Positions 58,601 to 64,000 of a DNA stretch of 64,000 nt are shown piece after piece; the first letter of the stretch is position 1, and each line of letters opens with the position of its first letter. Under the pieces are notes generated by a model. It searched no databases. It saw only the letters and a list, made by a program, of their open reading frames with translations, and had not been told where the DNA came from. The position numbers and the translations under genes are program-made. Source of the stretch: the human T2T-CHM13v2.0 reference genome, Homo sapiens; NCBI RefSeq assembly GCF_009914755.1, contig NC_060947.1; one strand, 5' to 3'.

Positions 58601-61600
58601 TCAAGCAGAAATGCTGGAGCTGAAAAATGCAACTGGCATACTGAAGAATACATCAGAGTCCTTAATAGCAGAATTGAGCAAGCAGAAGAAAGAATTAGTG
58701 ACCTTGAAGACAGGCTAATTGAAAATACACAGTCAGGGGAAAGAAAGAATTTTTAAAAACATGAAGCATGCCTACAGGATCTAGAAAATAGTGTCAAAAT
58801 GGCAAATCTAAGAGTTATTGACCTTAAAGAGGATGGAGAGAAATATCAGCATAGAAAGCTTATTCAAAGAAATAGTAACAGAGACATTCTAAACCTAGAG
58901 AAATTATGAATATCTAGATAAAAAACGTCATAAAACATCAAGCAGATTCAACCCAAATAAGACTTTAAGGCAAATAATAATCGAACTCTCAAAAGTCAAG
59001 AATAAAGAATGGATCCTAAAAGCAGCAAGAGAAAAGAAGCAAGCAACGTATAAAGGAGCTATGATAGGTCTGGCAGCAGACTTCTCAGTGGAAACCTTAC
59101 ATGCCAGGACAGAGTGGCATGACATATTTTCAGTGCTGAATGAAAAATCTTTCAACCTAGAATAGTACATCCCACAAAATTAACCTACAAACTTGAAAGA
59201 GAAATAAAGACTTTCCCAGACAAACAAAAGCGGAAGGATTTTGTCAACACTAGACGTGCCTTACAAGAAATGCAAAAGGCAACTCTTCAATCTGAAAGCA
59301 AGGAACATTAATGAACAAGAAATCATCTGAAGGTATAAATTTAACTGGTAATAGTAAGTACAGTAACAAAACCAAATATTCTAATACTGTAATTGTAGTA
59401 TGTAAACCACTCATACCTTTAATCAGAAGACTAAAAGACAAACCTATCAAAAATAATAACTGCAACAACATTTTAAGAGATAGTACAAAAAGATGTAAAT
59501 AGAGACAACAAAAGTCAAAGACTGAGGAGGATGGAGTTATAGTGTAGAGTTTGTTTAGTTTTCCCTTTGCTTGTTTTGTTTTCTTTGTAGTCAGAGTTGA
59601 GTTGTCATCAGTTTAAAATGGCTATAAGGTGTTGTTTGCAAGCCTCATGGTTACCACAAAACAAAAACTCATAAAAAGATATACCAAAAATAAATAACAA
59701 GAAATTAAAACATAATCCCAGAGAAAGTCACTTGTATACAAATGATAAGAAGAAGACCAATAAAACAAAGAGAAAACAAATAAAATGGGAGTAGGAAGTC
59801 CTTACCTATCATTAATAACATTGAATGTAAATGGACCAAATTCTTCAGTCAAATGGCAGAGAGTGGCTTAATGGATTAAAAACAAACAAGACCCAACTAT
59901 ATGCAACCTATAAGAAATTCACTTCACTTATAAAGACACACATATACGGAAAATAAAGGGATAGAAAAAGATATTCCTTGTAAACGGGAACCCAAAAAGA
60001 AGAGGAGTAGCTATACTTATTTCAGACAAAATAGATTTCCAGACAAAAAGCATAAAAAGAGACAAAAAAAAGTCATTATATAATGATAAAGGGGTCAGTT
60101 CAGCAAGGGGATACCAAAATTGTAAATATATATGCACCCAACAATGGAATACCCAGATATATAAAGCAAATATTATTAGAGCTAAAGAGAGAGAAAGACC
60201 CCAATACAATAATAGTCAGGGACTTTAACACCCTACTTTCAGCATTGGACAGATCATCTAGACAGAAAATCAATGAAGAAACATTGGACATAATCTGCTC
60301 TATAGACTCTTGTCTATAGGATGTCTATTAGGAACAAATGGACCAATATACCATTCATAGAGCAGTTCATCCAAGAGTTTCAGAATACACATTCTTCTCC
60401 TCAGCACAAGGAACATTCTCAAGGAAAAACCATACGTTAGACCACAAAACAAGCCTTAAAAAATTATTTAATAATTGAAACCACTTCAAGTATCTTGTCT
60501 AACCACAACAGAATAAAACTAGAAATCAATAACAAGGTAAAGTTTGGAAACTACACAAACGCATAAAAATTAAACAACAGGCTCATGGATGGCCATTGGG
60601 TCAATGACAAAATTAAGAAGAAAATTTGAAAAAAATTACATGAAACAAATGAAAATGGACGCACAACACACCAAAACTTATGGGATAGTGTAAAAGCAGT
60701 ACTAAGGGAAAATTTTAGATAGGAACAAACATTTATGTCAAAAAAAGTAGAAAAACTTCAAATAAACAAACTTACGATGCATGTTAAAGAACTAGAAAAG
60801 CAATAGCAAACCAAACCCAAAGTTAATAGGAAAAAAGAAATAGTAAAGCTCAGAACAGAAATAAATAAAATTTAGACTAAACAAAAGATCAACAAAGTGA
60901 AAAGATAAATCAACAAACCTTTAGCCAGACTAAGAAAAAGAGAGAAAAGACCCAAATAAATAAAATCAGAGATGAAAAAGGAGACATTACAACTGGTACC
61001 ACAGAAATTCAAAGGATCATTAGAGACTATTATTAGCAAGTAAATGCCAAAAAATTGGAAGGCCTAGAATAAATGTATAAATTCTTAGACACATACAACC
61101 TACAAAGTTTGCACCACGAACAAATCCAAAACCTGAATAGAGCTGTAAAAAGTAACAATATAGAAGCAGTAATAAAAAGTCTCCCAGTAAAGAAAAGCCC
61201 AGGACCCAGTGGCTTCACTGCTGAATTCTACCAAACACTTAAAGAATAATTAATACCAATCCTACTCAAACTACTCCAGAAAAAGAGGAGGATGGAATAC
61301 TTCCAAACTCATTCTATGCAGTCAGCATTACCCTGATACCAAAACTAGACAAAGACACATAAAAAGGTAAAACTATAGGCCAATATGTCTGACGAATATT
61401 GATGCAAAAGTCCTCCACAAAATACTAGCAAACCAAATTCAACAATACCTTAAAAAGATTATTCATCATGACCAAATGGGATTTATCCATGGGATGCAAG
61501 GATGGTTCAACATATGGAAATCAATCAATATGATACCTCATACAAACAGAATGAAGAGCAAGAACTATATGATCATTTCAATAGATGCCAAAAAAGCATT

Positions 61601-61940
61601 TAATAAAATTTAACATCCATTCATGATAAATAAACTAAGTATGAAGGAACACGCCTCAACATTATAAAGGGCATATATGACAAGCCCACAGCTAGTGTCA
61701 TATTGGATAAGGAAAAACTGAAAGCCTTTCCTCTTAGATCCAGAACAGAAGGATGCCCCCTTTCACTGCTGTTATTCAACATACTGCTGGAAGTCCTAGC
61801 CAGGGAAACCAGACAAGAGAAAGAAATAAAGGGTATCCAAATTGGAAAGGAAGAAATCAAATTATTCTTATTTGCAAACAATATGACCTTCTATTAGGAA
61901 AAACCTAGACTCAACCAAAAAACTACTAAAACTGATGAAT
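55689..61940 (+). mobile_element. L1 (L1M1/L1M2 age) with 5'UTR, double ORF1 region and 3'-truncated ORF2
   Basis: ORF2 remnants 60083 IKGSVQQ..IYAPN..DFNTLLSALDRS and 61703 [27 protein letters not shown]; similarity stops just after the FADD-equivalent; no 3'UTR or poly(A). Confidence 0.85.
56385..57300 (+). repeat. About 112-bp tandem monomer array (about 8 diverged copies) in L1 5'UTR
   Basis: GCAGATCTCCAGGCATTCAGAGCACCC-like anchor recurs at about 56453, 56567, 56678, 56790, 56901, 57014, 57127 and 57240. Confidence 0.9.
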
Positions 61941-62000
61941 GATAGGTAAACATATGGTGGCATGTTCAGACAGTATAATACTCTTCCATAGCTAAAATGA

Positions 62001-62146
62001 AGTGGTTCTTAAAATATGATCTTAGAAATTTGTTACCAGTGCAAATTCCTGGGCTTCAATCCAGACCTACAGAATCAGAAACTCTGGGGGTATGTTTTAA
62101 CAAGCCCTCCAGGGGATTCTGATGCATGCTGGAGTTTGAAAACTAT
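62001..62146. mobile_element. MER5A (hAT-Charlie) DNA transposon
   Basis: AGTGGTTCTTAAA..CCAGACCTACAGAATCAGAAACTCTGGGG..TTTTAACAAGCCCTCCAGGGGATTCTGATGCATGC..AGTTTGAAAAC. Confidence 0.85.
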
Positions 62147-62305
62147 TTAACTAAACCTACATATATAGGTTGGATAAATTTCAAAAACAATGATATTGCA
62201 GAACGACAGGTTCAGTATGATACCATTATATGAAGTTTTACAACTTGCAAATAGTACTTTATATTGTTTGTGCATACATAACATGGTAGTAAAAATATTA
62301 AAAAG

Positions 62306-62665
<360 letters not shown>

Positions 62666-63717
62666 TCATTAACACCAAATTTAGTATAGTACTTACAGAG
62701 TAGGGAAGGAGGCCAATGGGATATAGGAAAGGAGGTGTCAAACAGGAGATTTCAACCGCATTTGTGATGTTTTATTTATTTAAAAAATGTTTAAGATGCT
62801 GAAATAAATATCTCTATATACACATCTTGACACTATTGTTTAGTTAATTCCTTAGAATGAATTTGGAGAAATGGAATTGCTGAACCACTTCTTTATTTCA
62901 ATTACCACTATTACCATTCTAATTCTCATCTCCTCAGGTGGGTGGTATTGCAATTGTTCATTACTGATAACTGTATTCTAATATATACCCAAGCAATTCA
63001 GCATACACACTGAAACCTCCAGCTTCCAAAAATGTTACCTTGTACATATATTAATGGCAACTTCAATGGCAAAATAACTTCAAAGTCTAAACTTCTCACT
63101 TCATATTCAAGCACCTCCAAATTATGCTTACTATGTACCTCAGCTATTAATATATAATGCCAGTTACATTTAACAGCTCACATAAATATCTCTCCTTTTC
63201 CAAAATAGTTTTGCATTGCTCCATAAATGCACCACACACGCTTCGGCCTCCTTGCCTTTGCTCACTACTTATAATGACCTTATTCCCGGATATGTAAGTC
63301 CTGCTTGCACTGTAAAATCTGGCCCATGTTCTAGACACCAGCCTTCCCACTTCCATCATTTTAGAATAAATTAGATCATAAAATTACCCTCACTGATCAT
63401 TTCTTTCTTTGAAGTCTTCTAGCATTATCTTTGTCACTCATGTGGTACTCAGCCACATCATGCTTTATTATTTTTATGTAACTATGCCTGATCAACCCAG
63501 CTATACTGTATTTTTTTCCAGTTAAATTTTGTCATGCTTCGGAAAGGATTTAATGTGGTTCAACCACGGTATAAATATCCCAAGGCCATAGAGCATATTT
63601 CCCTAGCACCAAGTAGAGTACCCTACATATGACCTAAACTACAATTTCTATGAGAACAAGAAACATGACAGTATTTTTTTTCCATTGGTGTATAGCGAGT
63701 ACCCAGAAAAGATTGTA

Positions 63718-63807
63718 CTGGGGTGGTGCAAAAGTAATCGCGGTTTTTGCCATTAAAAATAATGGCTTTTAATGGCAAAAACCGCGATTACTTTTACACC
63801 GAGCCAA
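63718..63807. mobile_element. MADE1 MITE (Hsmar1-derived), complete, inserted in an L2 3' end
   Basis: Inverted arms 63725-63758 and 63767-63800 pair at 33/34; TA dinucleotides at 63716-63717 and 63808-63809. Confidence 0.93.
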
Positions 63808-63851
63808 TAGCACACTTAGTAGACACCCAATGGCCATTTTCTGTTGAAAAA

Positions 63852-63882
63852 ATGAATGAATGAATGAATGAATGAATGAATG
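63852..63882. repeat. (ATGA)n tetranucleotide repeat, L2 3' tail
   Basis: About 7 units following an L2-like 3' end. Confidence 0.9.
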
Positions 63883-64000
63883 TGCTTTATAATTTTGTTG
63901 TAATAATGATTACTACTTCCAGGTACTAAATACTATTTGAGGCCTGCAGAATGAACAAGGAAGAAAATAACCCCTCAGAAGCCCCACAGCCCACACCATT

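Overview
AT-rich, CpG-poor hominoid (probably human) intergenic or intronic DNA, roughly two thirds transposable elements. I recognised no host protein-coding exon, rRNA, tRNA or CRISPR; most ORF-track entries are repeat-derived or chance ORFs. Main content: (1) a three-level L1 nest at 5.9-16.7 kb (old L1MC > 5'-inverted L1MA > full-length L1MA1-like element with TSD); (2) a near full-length L1PA2-like element on the minus strand (41.5-47.3 kb, 15-bp TSD) with intact ORF1 and ORF0 and an ORF2 broken by a stop, a ~0.2-kb deletion and a frameshift; (3) a 3'-truncated L1 at 55.7-61.9 kb with a ~112-bp tandem array in its 5'UTR and two consecutive ORF1-like segments; (4) eight Alus, several solo LTRs, DNA transposons (MER82-like, MER5A, two MADE1), MIR/L2 relics and microsatellites. 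I cannot demonstrate a new biological system. The best leads are a possible L1 antisense-promoter ORF0 fusion using two downstream candidate exons (93-aa continuous frame), a miR-548-like MADE1 hairpin, a p53/p63 motif cluster near 40 kb and the double-ORF1 L1. Subfamily names come from remembered consensus sequences and need RepeatMasker/Dfam confirmation; boundaries without a TSD are approximate.
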